From the IMG/VR virus record IMGVR_UViG_3300034375_009028: a stretch of 64,000 nucleotides of DNA. One strand, written 5' to 3'. The notes beneath the pieces are model-generated. The model searched no databases. It was not told the DNA's origin and saw only the letters and a list, made by a program, of their open reading frames with translations. The stretch comes from a virus (Duplodnaviria > Caudoviricetes). Below, one piece after another: positions 9,070-16,608 of this stretch (the stretch's first letter is position 1; every line of letters begins with the position of its first letter). Made by a program: the position numbers and the translations under genes.

Positions 9070-9513
9070 TCAACCCTCTTTAGGAGTTGCCTTCTTTTTT
9101 GTACCAATACTATACTTTTGCTCCAGTACCCAATCAGACTTGTCCTTATAAGACAATACTTTAATTTGATTAAGTGGGGCAATATCAAGAACTGCAGATT
9201 CATCCTGAACAGTAATTAGTCCCCAATCATAAAGAAGCTTAATTATTCTATTCCTTCGCTGAATATCATTGACAGTAAGATTGGAATACTTTCCATCCAG
9301 AGCAAAAAGTTCTTTAAAGTGAGTAATATAATACCTACCTTGCTTGTGTAGAATATGGCAAGATTGGTATAACTTTTTCTCTTTTCTTGAGGCAACTCCA
9401 ATTCGAGTCAAAGTCTCACGAACCTTTAAAAAATCATCAGGTTCCCTTAAAAAAACTTCTACCATCATTTGTGGTGTCCATTCAACCTGAGGTTCAATAG
9501 TATTAGATGTCAT
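9070..9513 (-). CDS. regA: Translational repressor RegA
   Basis: DDFLKVRETLTRIGVASR, LYQSCHILHKQGRYYITHFKELFALDG. Confidence 0.97.
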   Translation of the reverse strand: MTSNTIEPQVEWTPQMMVEVFLREPDDFLKVRETLTRIGVASRKEKKLYQSCHILHKQGRYYITHFKELFALDGKYSNLTVNDIQRRNRIIKLLYDWGLITVQDESAVLDIAPLNQIKVLSYKDKSDWVLEQKYSIGTKKKATPKEG

Positions 9514-9893
9514 TTTTGCGTACCGCCAATTTCAAATTGTTTCTTAATGTAATTGATCTGATCTTTAGATAAAATTTTTAATACTTGTTGTGCTTTTTCA
9601 TTACTATATCCATAGTACTTTTTAACACATTCAATATCATTAATTTTGTCTTTATGGATCCAAGGAGAATATCTCCTCTTTTTCCTAAGAGTATTTAGGT
9701 AAAAATAATATTGCATATCTTTATCTAAAAAATTATAGATATTCATTTGGTTTACAAAAAGAATACAATCCAAATGACTGGAAAGGATTTTATTAATAAT
9801 ATATGGCGGATAAGATTTGATTTCTTTTGGATCTTCTTCTAGTAGATCTTTTTTTGTAGAATTAATAGAATTCAACCAATCTTTAAGTTCCAT
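9510..9893 (-). CDS. gp62: Clamp loader small subunit
   Basis: DWLNSIN, YPPYIINK, VKKYYGYSNEKA; position before regA. Confidence 0.92.
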   Translation of the reverse strand: MELKDWLNSINSTKKDLLEEDPKEIKSYPPYIINKILSSHLDCILFVNQMNIYNFLDKDMQYYFYLNTLRKKRRYSPWIHKDKINDIECVKKYYGYSNEKAQQVLKILSKDQINYIKKQFEIGGTQK

Positions 9894-9895
9894 AA

Positions 9896-10036
9896 TCAAA
9901 ACACTGCTGTCACGCTTACAACTTTTGCATTAGGATTGCGGGCAAGAGCAACTTGCCGCGCATCCTGATAATCTTTGGCAATCACTTCTTCTTTAAAGAC
10001 CGTTCCTGCCTTATACAATGTTACCTGACATTTCAT
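9896..10036 (-). CDS. 46-aa hypothetical protein MKCQVTLYKAGTVFKEEVIAKDYQDARQVALARNPNAKVVSVTAVF
   Basis: Manual translation; fills the gap between dam and gp62; below ORF-track cutoff. Confidence 0.65.
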   Translation of the reverse strand: MKCQVTLYKAGTVFKEEVIAKDYQDARQVALARNPNAKVVSVTAVF

Positions 10037-10868
10037 AATTAAATAGAAGCAATTCTTTACGGGTCTTTTGATCTCTCATATATTCACCAACTGAACGCAT
10101 CGTATAAGTAAGATCAAACTCTGCAGCATTCCAATTAGTAAAACGATCTTTTACCAGTTGATCAGAATTATAACTGATCAACTGATCCATAGGACAATTC
10201 TCGCAGTCAGAGGCAAATTTAGAATGGTTGAATCCACTATGCATTGAACCTTTTTTACCATACAAATTATCTTTAATGTCGTATGGTGGATCAAGATATA
10301 TAAAAGCATCCTTATTTCTACCATCCATAAGATAGTCATAAGAATGGTTTGTAATAGTCCAATTTTTAATTACGTCAGAATAAGCAGATAATTTAAGTAT
10401 TCCATTCATACTAAAGTTGTTATCAGATGCCTGTGGAGAGAATGAAGAACTTTCGGTCAGTCCACTGAAGGAACACTTATTAACAATGTAAAAAGAAATT
10501 GCTCTCCAAAGATTATCAGACTCATTACCATTTAGATACTCTTTGGATTCCAAAAATAATCCTTTTGCCGATCCACGATCAGGATAACGAGATTTTAACT
10601 CCTGTAGTTTGGTCTGCATATCGGGACCAAACATTTGCAACTGTTGCCAAAAATTTACTAATGGTTCATAAAGATCGTTAACCCAAATTTTTAGATGTGG
10701 ATACTTTTTAGTTACATGGATAGCAACACTACCACCACCCAAAAAAGGTTCCCGATACTCAGTATATTCCCTAAGGTCTGGGAAATATACATCCATTTTT
10801 TTACATGCCCTAGACTTTCCTCCAGGATAACGCAATGGTGTTTTTAATTGCTTAAGTGGATCAGTCAC
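10011..10868 (-). CDS. dam: DNA N6-adenine methyltransferase (Dam/D12 class)
   Basis: LRYPGGKS, EPFLGGGSV, NDLY, YLDPPY motifs. Confidence 0.93.
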   Translation of the reverse strand: MTDPLKQLKTPLRYPGGKSRACKKMDVYFPDLREYTEYREPFLGGGSVAIHVTKKYPHLKIWVNDLYEPLVNFWQQLQMFGPDMQTKLQELKSRYPDRGSAKGLFLESKEYLNGNESDNLWRAISFYIVNKCSFSGLTESSSFSPQASDNNFSMNGILKLSAYSDVIKNWTITNHSYDYLMDGRNKDAFIYLDPPYDIKDNLYGKKGSMHSGFNHSKFASDCENCPMDQLISYNSDQLVKDRFTNWNAAEFDLTYTMRSVGEYMRDQKTRKELLLFNYEMSGNIV

Positions 10869-11404
10869 AAAATTGCCTCAATGGAGTTTAAAAGATTGGT
10901 TGCGTCAATGTTTTTTTCTTTTGGTTCTACATTACTTGCCAAGATTTTATAATCTCCCTTTTCCAATTTGAATGTTGCTCCAGCACCATCACATTCTGTC
11001 CTGGAGTAAACAGTATCCCAATCAGTATATCCAATGGTCATGGTTTTAGTATCTACCAGAAGCATATACTCAAAAGTTTTTTTAATATCTTCTTTTTGCA
11101 GAACCGTAGACTTTTTCTTGCCAGGACGCTTATTAATAAGGACCACTCGCTTACAAGATTGATTCTTGTTAAAAAGTCCAAGTGATCCTTTCATTTCGTA
11201 ACAAATACCTGAAGAATCTACAAAATCTTTACCATCTTCATAGTCACCGACATATGTGAGTTGATCACCTGACCATTTTGCAAAAGACTTTTCTTGGAGA
11301 TAAGTTCGAAAAGTCTTAAATGCATTAGACTTCATTTGTTTTGTATTGGTTGCTTCTACACAACCAAAGAATTCATTCAGGTTAACTTTGTTAATGTCAA
11401 ACAT
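10865..11404 (-). CDS. Putative PD-(D/E)XK nuclease
   Basis: LQEKSF...GKDFVDSSGICYEMK (E...D-x9-E-x-K); 4-nt overlap with dam. Confidence 0.45.
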   Translation of the reverse strand: MFDINKVNLNEFFGCVEATNTKQMKSNAFKTFRTYLQEKSFAKWSGDQLTYVGDYEDGKDFVDSSGICYEMKGSLGLFNKNQSCKRVVLINKRPGKKKSTVLQKEDIKKTFEYMLLVDTKTMTIGYTDWDTVYSRTECDGAGATFKLEKGDYKILASNVEPKEKNIDATNLLNSIEAIL

Positions 11405-11424
11405 AATAAAATAAATTAATTAAA

Positions 11425-11724
11425 TCAGGTAGCAGGAGCAATGATGTCAGTAGAAGGTGTAATGATTAGACTAAACATTTGCTTGTACTGATCAACCAAT
11501 TGAGTAATGGGTTCTGCCAAGTAAATGATAAATCGCTTAGAGACTGTGAGTTCATTTACTTCCTTATTAAGCAAGGGAGACCAAGGAGCAAAACCAAGTT
11601 CTCCCTTGCCAGCAGGGATAGCAACAATAGCATTCTCAATAGTAATGCTTTCATCATCTTCGGAGAGAAGTTTTGCAATAACATCTTCACCAGAAGTCAA
11701 TCGAATCAATTTAATATCAGACAT
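11425..11724 (-). CDS. Conserved T4-like hypothetical protein
   Basis: MSDIKLIRLTSGEDVIA...FAPWSP; same family as genes upstream of gp43. Confidence 0.65.
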   Translation of the reverse strand: MSDIKLIRLTSGEDVIAKLLSEDDESITIENAIVAIPAGKGELGFAPWSPLLNKEVNELTVSKRFIIYLAEPITQLVDQYKQMFSLIITPSTDIIAPAT

Positions 11725-11742
11725 TGTTTTTAAAAATGAAGT

Positions 11743-12687
11743 TTACTTGAATTTGCATTCTACCATAATCTCTGTTAATCCAGCAAGAAGATTAATCTCT
11801 TGATCTGCTACGAATGCGACCTGATACTGGTACTTAGCAATAACAAGAACAGCGGCAGGAATAGAAGGAGGATCCAAGGATAAAAGAAGAGCATCGTAAA
11901 TGCGGCGGAATAATAGACTAGGATCATTGTCCAAGTTATTGATACACCATTTACGTACTTCAGTAAAGTTTTTTTCCTTAAGGTTTTTAATGAGAGATTC
12001 TGTCTTAACATCCGAAAAAGATGCAAGAATTGCAGAATCAATTTTTCCATTAGCGGAATAGCGTTGACATTCATTGAGAACACGTCTCCAATCAGGGAAG
12101 TGTTTGTTAATTAACTCAACCAGAACTTTTTGATCATATTCAACAGATTCTTTCTCAAGTATAAACCTGATACGGTTGAAGAATTCGACTGCAAGTTTTG
12201 GTCGATCTTTACTATCGATTGAGAAATCGATGCAGGCACACCTAGAGTGAATTGGTTCAATGATTTTGTTTTTGTAGTTACAGGTAAAGATGAACCTGCA
12301 GTTACCACTAAACTCCTCAGTAAACGCCCGTAGGAGGAGTTGTACGTCGTGCGTTGTGTTATCTGCTTCATCAATAATGATGACTTTGTGTTTTGCAGAC
12401 GACAAAAGTGAGACGGTCGAAGCGAAGTTCTTCGCAGTATTTCGGACGGTATCAAGGAATCGTCCCTCATCGGATCCATTAATGACATATACATCTGCTC
12501 CAAGTTGTTGACAAAGTGCTTTTGCAACTGTTGTCTTTCCAATTCCTGGAGGACCAGACAAAAGCATATTGGGGATCTCCCCCTTATTTAGAAACTGTAA
12601 GAAGGTATTTTTAATTCCTCCTGGAAGAATACAATCATCAATGGTTTTGGGTCGATACTTCTCAACCCAGATAAATTCATCTCGCAT
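11743..12687 (-). CDS. gp44: Clamp loader large subunit
   Basis: WVEKYRP, GPPGIGKTT, IIDEAD, SRC motif. Confidence 0.97.
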   Translation of the reverse strand: MRDEFIWVEKYRPKTIDDCILPGGIKNTFLQFLNKGEIPNMLLSGPPGIGKTTVAKALCQQLGADVYVINGSDEGRFLDTVRNTAKNFASTVSLLSSAKHKVIIIDEADNTTHDVQLLLRAFTEEFSGNCRFIFTCNYKNKIIEPIHSRCACIDFSIDSKDRPKLAVEFFNRIRFILEKESVEYDQKVLVELINKHFPDWRRVLNECQRYSANGKIDSAILASFSDVKTESLIKNLKEKNFTEVRKWCINNLDNDPSLLFRRIYDALLLSLDPPSIPAAVLVIAKYQYQVAFVADQEINLLAGLTEIMVECKFK

Positions 12688-12778
12688 AATTAAGTCAAGT
12701 AATGTCCAATAAAAAGACCCAAAATAAAAGTTAATCTTGGGTTTGCTAAAAGCGATTCACTAATCCTGATGAATTTTT

Positions 12779-12934
12779 TCAATGAGTTTCATCAACCTTT
12801 TTTAATTGAAAAGTACCATCTTTGTGGTCAATCCATTCTAGCACATCATTTTCTTTCCACCCAAGTTGATTAAGAATTTCTTCAGAAATGGTAAGAATTC
12901 CGTCGTCATCAATAGTAAGCGTTGTACTAATCAT
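12779..12934 (-). CDS. 51-aa AbrB/MazE-like protein
   Basis: Manual translation MISTTLTIDDDGILTISEEILNQLGWKENDVLEWIDHKDGTFQLKK: 'G.L.I...I...LGW.E.D.L' swapped-hairpin pattern; ATGA overlap with denV-like gene. Confidence 0.55.
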   Translation of the reverse strand: MISTTLTIDDDGILTISEEILNQLGWKENDVLEWIDHKDGTFQLKKVDETH

Positions 12935-13458
12935 AGCCAATCTGGTTTGCGGGATGGGTCACGAATATAATTAGATGCAACCCAAGGTTTGGATGCGATA
13001 TACATTTTGTAAGCAGTAAAAGTGTCAATGCTTGTGTCAAGTTTATACTCATTTGGCATTGCCCTCACAAATGGTGTTGTTTCTTTTCCCGACCTTCCAG
13101 CAGGATCAGCAAAAGGAAAAATTTGATTTGCTACTGTTAATGTATGTAGACATTTATGAATCCTTTGATACCTATGAGAATATTCCTCACAAAGAGCAAG
13201 TCCATGACGGATCAACCATCGCCAATTCAAAACAAATTCACCAGTCCATACAGTACATGGATGCTTACGGAATGCCCCCTTCTCGGTGCTGTAAGGCGTC
13301 CCATCTGCTTTAGGGAGGGTTCCGTACCCCCTACCCCATTTATCTGAAGCAACGATAGAGAGCATCTGACAGCACTCTAGTGGCATCTTGACAATGTGCT
13401 TATCTGGCAAAACCCTTGCACAAATGACTGGATTTGGATCAGTGACAAAGATGTTCAT
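12931..13458 (-). CDS. denV: Pyrimidine-dimer DNA glycosylase / endonuclease V-like protein
   Basis: MNIFVTD...DKHIVKMPLECCQMLS, HPCTVW, FVRAMP. Confidence 0.7.
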   Translation of the reverse strand: MNIFVTDPNPVICARVLPDKHIVKMPLECCQMLSIVASDKWGRGYGTLPKADGTPYSTEKGAFRKHPCTVWTGEFVLNWRWLIRHGLALCEEYSHRYQRIHKCLHTLTVANQIFPFADPAGRSGKETTPFVRAMPNEYKLDTSIDTFTAYKMYIASKPWVASNYIRDPSRKPDWL

Positions 13459-13910
13459 TTGATGAATTGGAGGATGTAGTCCACACCATATTGTAACTTG
13501 TCGGGGGCGATTTCGACAATGTGCTCACCCAAAATTTCCTGCGCTCTTAAGATTCTATCCTTACCAAGAACATTATACATGGTGATGGAGATTTCCATAA
13601 ATTTTTCAAAATCTTCATCATTGCCATTTTTTGCTCCACTGGTATAAAGTTCTCTGATTTCCGCAAATATCTCTGCAATTTCTCCTTCAAACTTTATAGA
13701 AGAATCTCCTAGAGGAATCTCCATCCTTTTAATGCACCCCATACTAAATTTCATTGCCTTACGAGTTTCTTCTAAAGACAATGCATCTGGATGCTGATCT
13801 CTATATGCATATTGGATGACCCCATTCGTACATTCCATGACTCGAAGAATAGATAGATTAATCTTTTCTTCTTCAGTCATGTCTTCAAATATTTTTTTCC
13901 AGTCTCTCAT
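13455..13910 (-). CDS. Hypothetical protein
   Basis: 151-aa ORF with 4-nt overlaps at both ends. Confidence 0.65.
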   Translation of the reverse strand: MRDWKKIFEDMTEEEKINLSILRVMECTNGVIQYAYRDQHPDALSLEETRKAMKFSMGCIKRMEIPLGDSSIKFEGEIAEIFAEIRELYTSGAKNGNDEDFEKFMEISITMYNVLGKDRILRAQEILGEHIVEIAPDKLQYGVDYILQFIK

Positions 13911-14149
13911 AATAGTGATAGTTGAATGATTTTAGAGGCATCAATCACAGAAAAGAATGACTCTAATCCTACGATGTCCCAAGTTTTAATTTTTATTGCA
14001 AATGGGATCATTGTTAGATTACCTATCAAACGAGCCCAGCAACCCCAATAAACTGAGACATATAAAATAAAGAAGTATCCGACAATTAAGCAGATACTTC
14101 CAATAATACGAAGTCTATTAGCTGAAAGTAGAATCTGGTTCCAGCGCAA
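13907..14149 (-). CDS. Small membrane protein
   Basis: Hydrophobic segments LRIIGSICLIVGYFFILYV...; start uncertain (TTG at 14149 inside the gp45 3' end). Confidence 0.5.
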   Translation of the reverse strand: MRWNQILLSANRLRIIGSICLIVGYFFILYVSVYWGCWARLIGNLTMIPFAIKIKTWDIVGLESFFSVIDASKIIQLSLL

Positions 14150-14783
14150 TGAAATACTTAAGATCATAGTCTTTTGAATCAAACCTAGACAAAAGGGTTT
14201 GTGATATAGTCACATTATAAGTTCCAGTGATTACTTTAATGTTTTCGACTTTGAAGTTAAAACAGAAAGAATCTTCTGTTTCACCAACAATAACTTGATA
14301 ATCATTAGAAGTGTCGTTTTTCTTGTCACGAACAACAACTTTAACAACCCCTGCTTCGCCAATGACGGAGAGATCTGGGAGTTGAAAGATGTTAGCCGCT
14401 TTAAGAAGGTTTGTGAGTTGTTCTCCTGTGATGTCAAAATTTACCTCCTCAGATTTGAGTTTGAGTTCTTTGTCTGGTGGAGTTACAATAAGACTTGGAT
14501 CAGAGAAGAAATAATTAGAACGAATATTTCCTTCTCTAATGATCACATAACTATCATTCTCAAAGTCAAGAGCTGGATTTTTATGGAGCGAAAGACCGTT
14601 AAGGAATTGATTCAAATCATAAATTCCAAAGTCTTTAGGGAAGTCTTCAGTAACCTCAGCTTCTGCAAGAATGTTATTCATCACACTAATAGTGCGAAGT
14701 TTAGTTCCTTGCTTAAACAAGATTGACTGATTGATGTTTGAAAAGTTCTTAAGAAGATTCAAAGTACGATCAGACAACTTCAT
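14118..14783 (-). CDS. gp45: Sliding clamp
   Basis: MKLSDRTLNLLKNFSNINQSILFK...FGIYDLNQFL...IALEPDS; start may be 14804. Confidence 0.95.
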   Translation of the reverse strand: MKLSDRTLNLLKNFSNINQSILFKQGTKLRTISVMNNILAEAEVTEDFPKDFGIYDLNQFLNGLSLHKNPALDFENDSYVIIREGNIRSNYFFSDPSLIVTPPDKELKLKSEEVNFDITGEQLTNLLKAANIFQLPDLSVIGEAGVVKVVVRDKKNDTSNDYQVIVGETEDSFCFNFKVENIKVITGTYNVTISQTLLSRFDSKDYDLKYFIALEPDSTFS

Positions 14784-14806
14784 AGCTTTTTCTTTCAATT
14801 TCATAA

Positions 14807-15262
14807 TCAATAAGGATAGTCAGATGCGTTTGGTTTGTGAAGACCAGAGAAGTGATAAAGAAGGACACAATAATGGATTGCCTTCAAAATATCCATCTTC
14901 GATTTACCATTCTTTTTACCAAATCGAGACAGATACTTTATTGCATTGGATCGACAGAATGGTTCTGCATCACCAATACTCTCAATCAAATCAAGGGTTT
15001 GGGTCTTAGAATCTTGAGAAGTGTAATGTGATTTGTAAGTTCCAGAAAGATAATCTTGGACTTCTTTTAGAGTTTTGTCTTCTTCATATTTCCAAAAACC
15101 ATTTGTGTTTTCGCGAATAATTGTGCTTGGTGCTTTTTGTTCTTCCATACCAAATAATGTAATTTCGTTTCCTGCAGCATCATAACTTAGATACTTTGGG
15201 TCAATAAAGTCAAAGTGTTGTGAAAGGAGGTCTTCGACCTCCACAGATTCGTCAAATTGCAT
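14807..15262 (-). CDS. DUF3310-like hypothetical protein
   Basis: HY...QTLDLIESIG...FCRSNAIKYLSRFGKKNG pattern. Confidence 0.6.
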   Translation of the reverse strand: MQFDESVEVEDLLSQHFDFIDPKYLSYDAAGNEITLFGMEEQKAPSTIIRENTNGFWKYEEDKTLKEVQDYLSGTYKSHYTSQDSKTQTLDLIESIGDAEPFCRSNAIKYLSRFGKKNGKSKMDILKAIHYCVLLYHFSGLHKPNASDYPY

Positions 15263-15283
15263 AACAATAAGTCTCCTACTTAG

Positions 15284-15312
15284 ATTATATCAAGAGAAAT
15301 TGTGTGAGTCAA
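15284..15312 (-). promoter_or_regulatory. sigma70-type promoter inside the 3' end of cobS
   Basis: TTGACT-17 nt-TATAAT, then a GGAG SD before 15262. Confidence 0.75.
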
Positions 15313-16396
15313 GAGCCTGCTTCTGCTGTTCTTCAGAAGGCATCTCAAAGTCCGCATCTACTTTATCATAAAGTTCCAGAAATGCTTGCTTTGTTTCATC
15401 ATCAAAACGATTCACGCAAACTTGGATTGCTTTCCCTTTATCACCAAAAATACTGTAAGCACGGATAACATGGACCAAACGACGAGTACTAATAATCTCG
15501 TCAATTCCACCATCGAAAAACGTCTTACGAATAATGTCTGCCCAGTCAACAAGACGCTTACAGAAATCACGATCTTCAATACCAAGATCAAGAGAAATAC
15601 CCTCAAGAATCCTCTGCTCTACTGCAGGAGCAGGGTAAGACTGCTCAAAGGTCACAGGGAAGCGTTCGAGGAATGCTTCATTGAGTACGTTGGTTCCGAT
15701 GAAGCGTCCATCGTCAGAACCCTTTCCTTTAGTGTTAGCAGTAGCAAATACATTGAACCCAGCAGCAGGGCGGACATACTTACCAATCTTTTTCAGGAAG
15801 ACACCTTTTCCTTCGAGGACGGATTGAAGGCAAAGAATCTTGTTGGAAGCCAAGTCAATCTCGTCAAGCAATAGAATCGCACCGCGCTCCAAGGCTTCGA
15901 TGACTGGACCATTGTGCCAAACGGTCTCACCGTTGACAAGACGGAATCCACCAATGAGATCATCTTCATCGGTCTCGATAGTAATGTTTACACGGATGAG
16001 TTCACGACCCAACTGAGCACACGCTTGCTCCACAGAGAACGTTTTACCATTACCCGACAGACCCGTAATGAACGTCGGATAAAAAAGACTGGACTGAATA
16101 ATTTTGCGAATGTCGCCAAAATTACCAAACTTGACGAAGGTATCATCTTTTTCAGGGATAAGGTTTTGTTCCTGAGCGGGAATAATAGTGGGGGTAGACT
16201 GGTAGGTTTGCTCCATTTTTTCCCGAACGGTAAGATTCCAACTACCGCGAGCAACCTTGTATTGGGCAAGTTTGTTGGTTACGGTTTGGTAGTTACTATC
16301 GTTCATAGCACACCAAGCACGGATATCTCCTGCAGAAATAGTGTCACCATAAAGTGACTGGAGAGAGGTGCGGATGTAATCGGCGGACATTGCCAT
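15290..16396 (-). CDS. cobS: MoxR/CobS-like AAA+ ATPase
   Basis: GLSGNGKT, LLDEID, TANTKG, FLERF, STRRL. Start probably 16396, because TATAAT lies at 16425-16430. Confidence 0.88.
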   Translation of the reverse strand: MAMSADYIRTSLQSLYGDTISAGDIRAWCAMNDSNYQTVTNKLAQYKVARGSWNLTVREKMEQTYQSTPTIIPAQEQNLIPEKDDTFVKFGNFGDIRKIIQSSLFYPTFITGLSGNGKTFSVEQACAQLGRELIRVNITIETDEDDLIGGFRLVNGETVWHNGPVIEALERGAILLLDEIDLASNKILCLQSVLEGKGVFLKKIGKYVRPAAGFNVFATANTKGKGSDDGRFIGTNVLNEAFLERFPVTFEQSYPAPAVEQRILEGISLDLGIEDRDFCKRLVDWADIIRKTFFDGGIDEIISTRRLVHVIRAYSIFGDKGKAIQVCVNRFDDETKQAFLELYDKVDADFEMPSEEQQKQALDSHNFS

Positions 16397-16434
16397 GGTG
16401 TCAGGTGTTTGTTTGAACAAGGTAATTATAACCC

Positions 16435-16608
16435 CTATTCCAAGTCCTCCAAGATCCCAGTGGACAGTTTTTCAAGTGGTTCATAGTTGTGTTTTTTTCT
16501 ACAAAAAGCACGGGCATTTGCCCGTGCCTCTGAAGTAATGTCTGAACAAGGTTGATCTGTTTTGCCACAATAAGGACAAGATCCAAAATTAGTTACTTCT
16601 TGAGTCAT
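16435..16608 (-). CDS. 57-aa Cys-rich protein (CPYC...C...C..KH)
   Basis: Manual translation MTQEVTNFGSCPYCGKTDQPCSDITSEARANARAFCRKKHNYEPLEKLSTGILEDLE; ATGA overlap with upstream vWA gene. Confidence 0.55.
   Translation of the reverse strand: MTQEVTNFGSCPYCGKTDQPCSDITSEARANARAFCRKKHNYEPLEKLSTGILEDLE
16503..16527 (-). terminator. Terminator-like hairpin inside the small ORF
   Basis: GCACGGGC-AAAT-GCCCGTGC-TTTTT. Confidence 0.6.

Noticed and set aside
12692-12784. 30-aa TTG-started hydrophobic ORF (LKKFIRISESLLANPRLTFILGLFIGHYLT) before gp44
   Set aside because: Weak start and no supporting evidence; may be real but cannot be supported here.
15290-16396. cobS as a cobalamin-biosynthesis gene feeding the B12 radical SAM enzymes
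   Set aside because: No cobN or other cob genes are present; pairing with a vWA/HExxH protein fits a generic MoxR system.
16401-16586. 61-aa ORF in the supplied track
   Set aside because: Shadow frame with a TTG start; the overlapping 16435..16608 frame has an ATGA-coupled start and a Cys motif.
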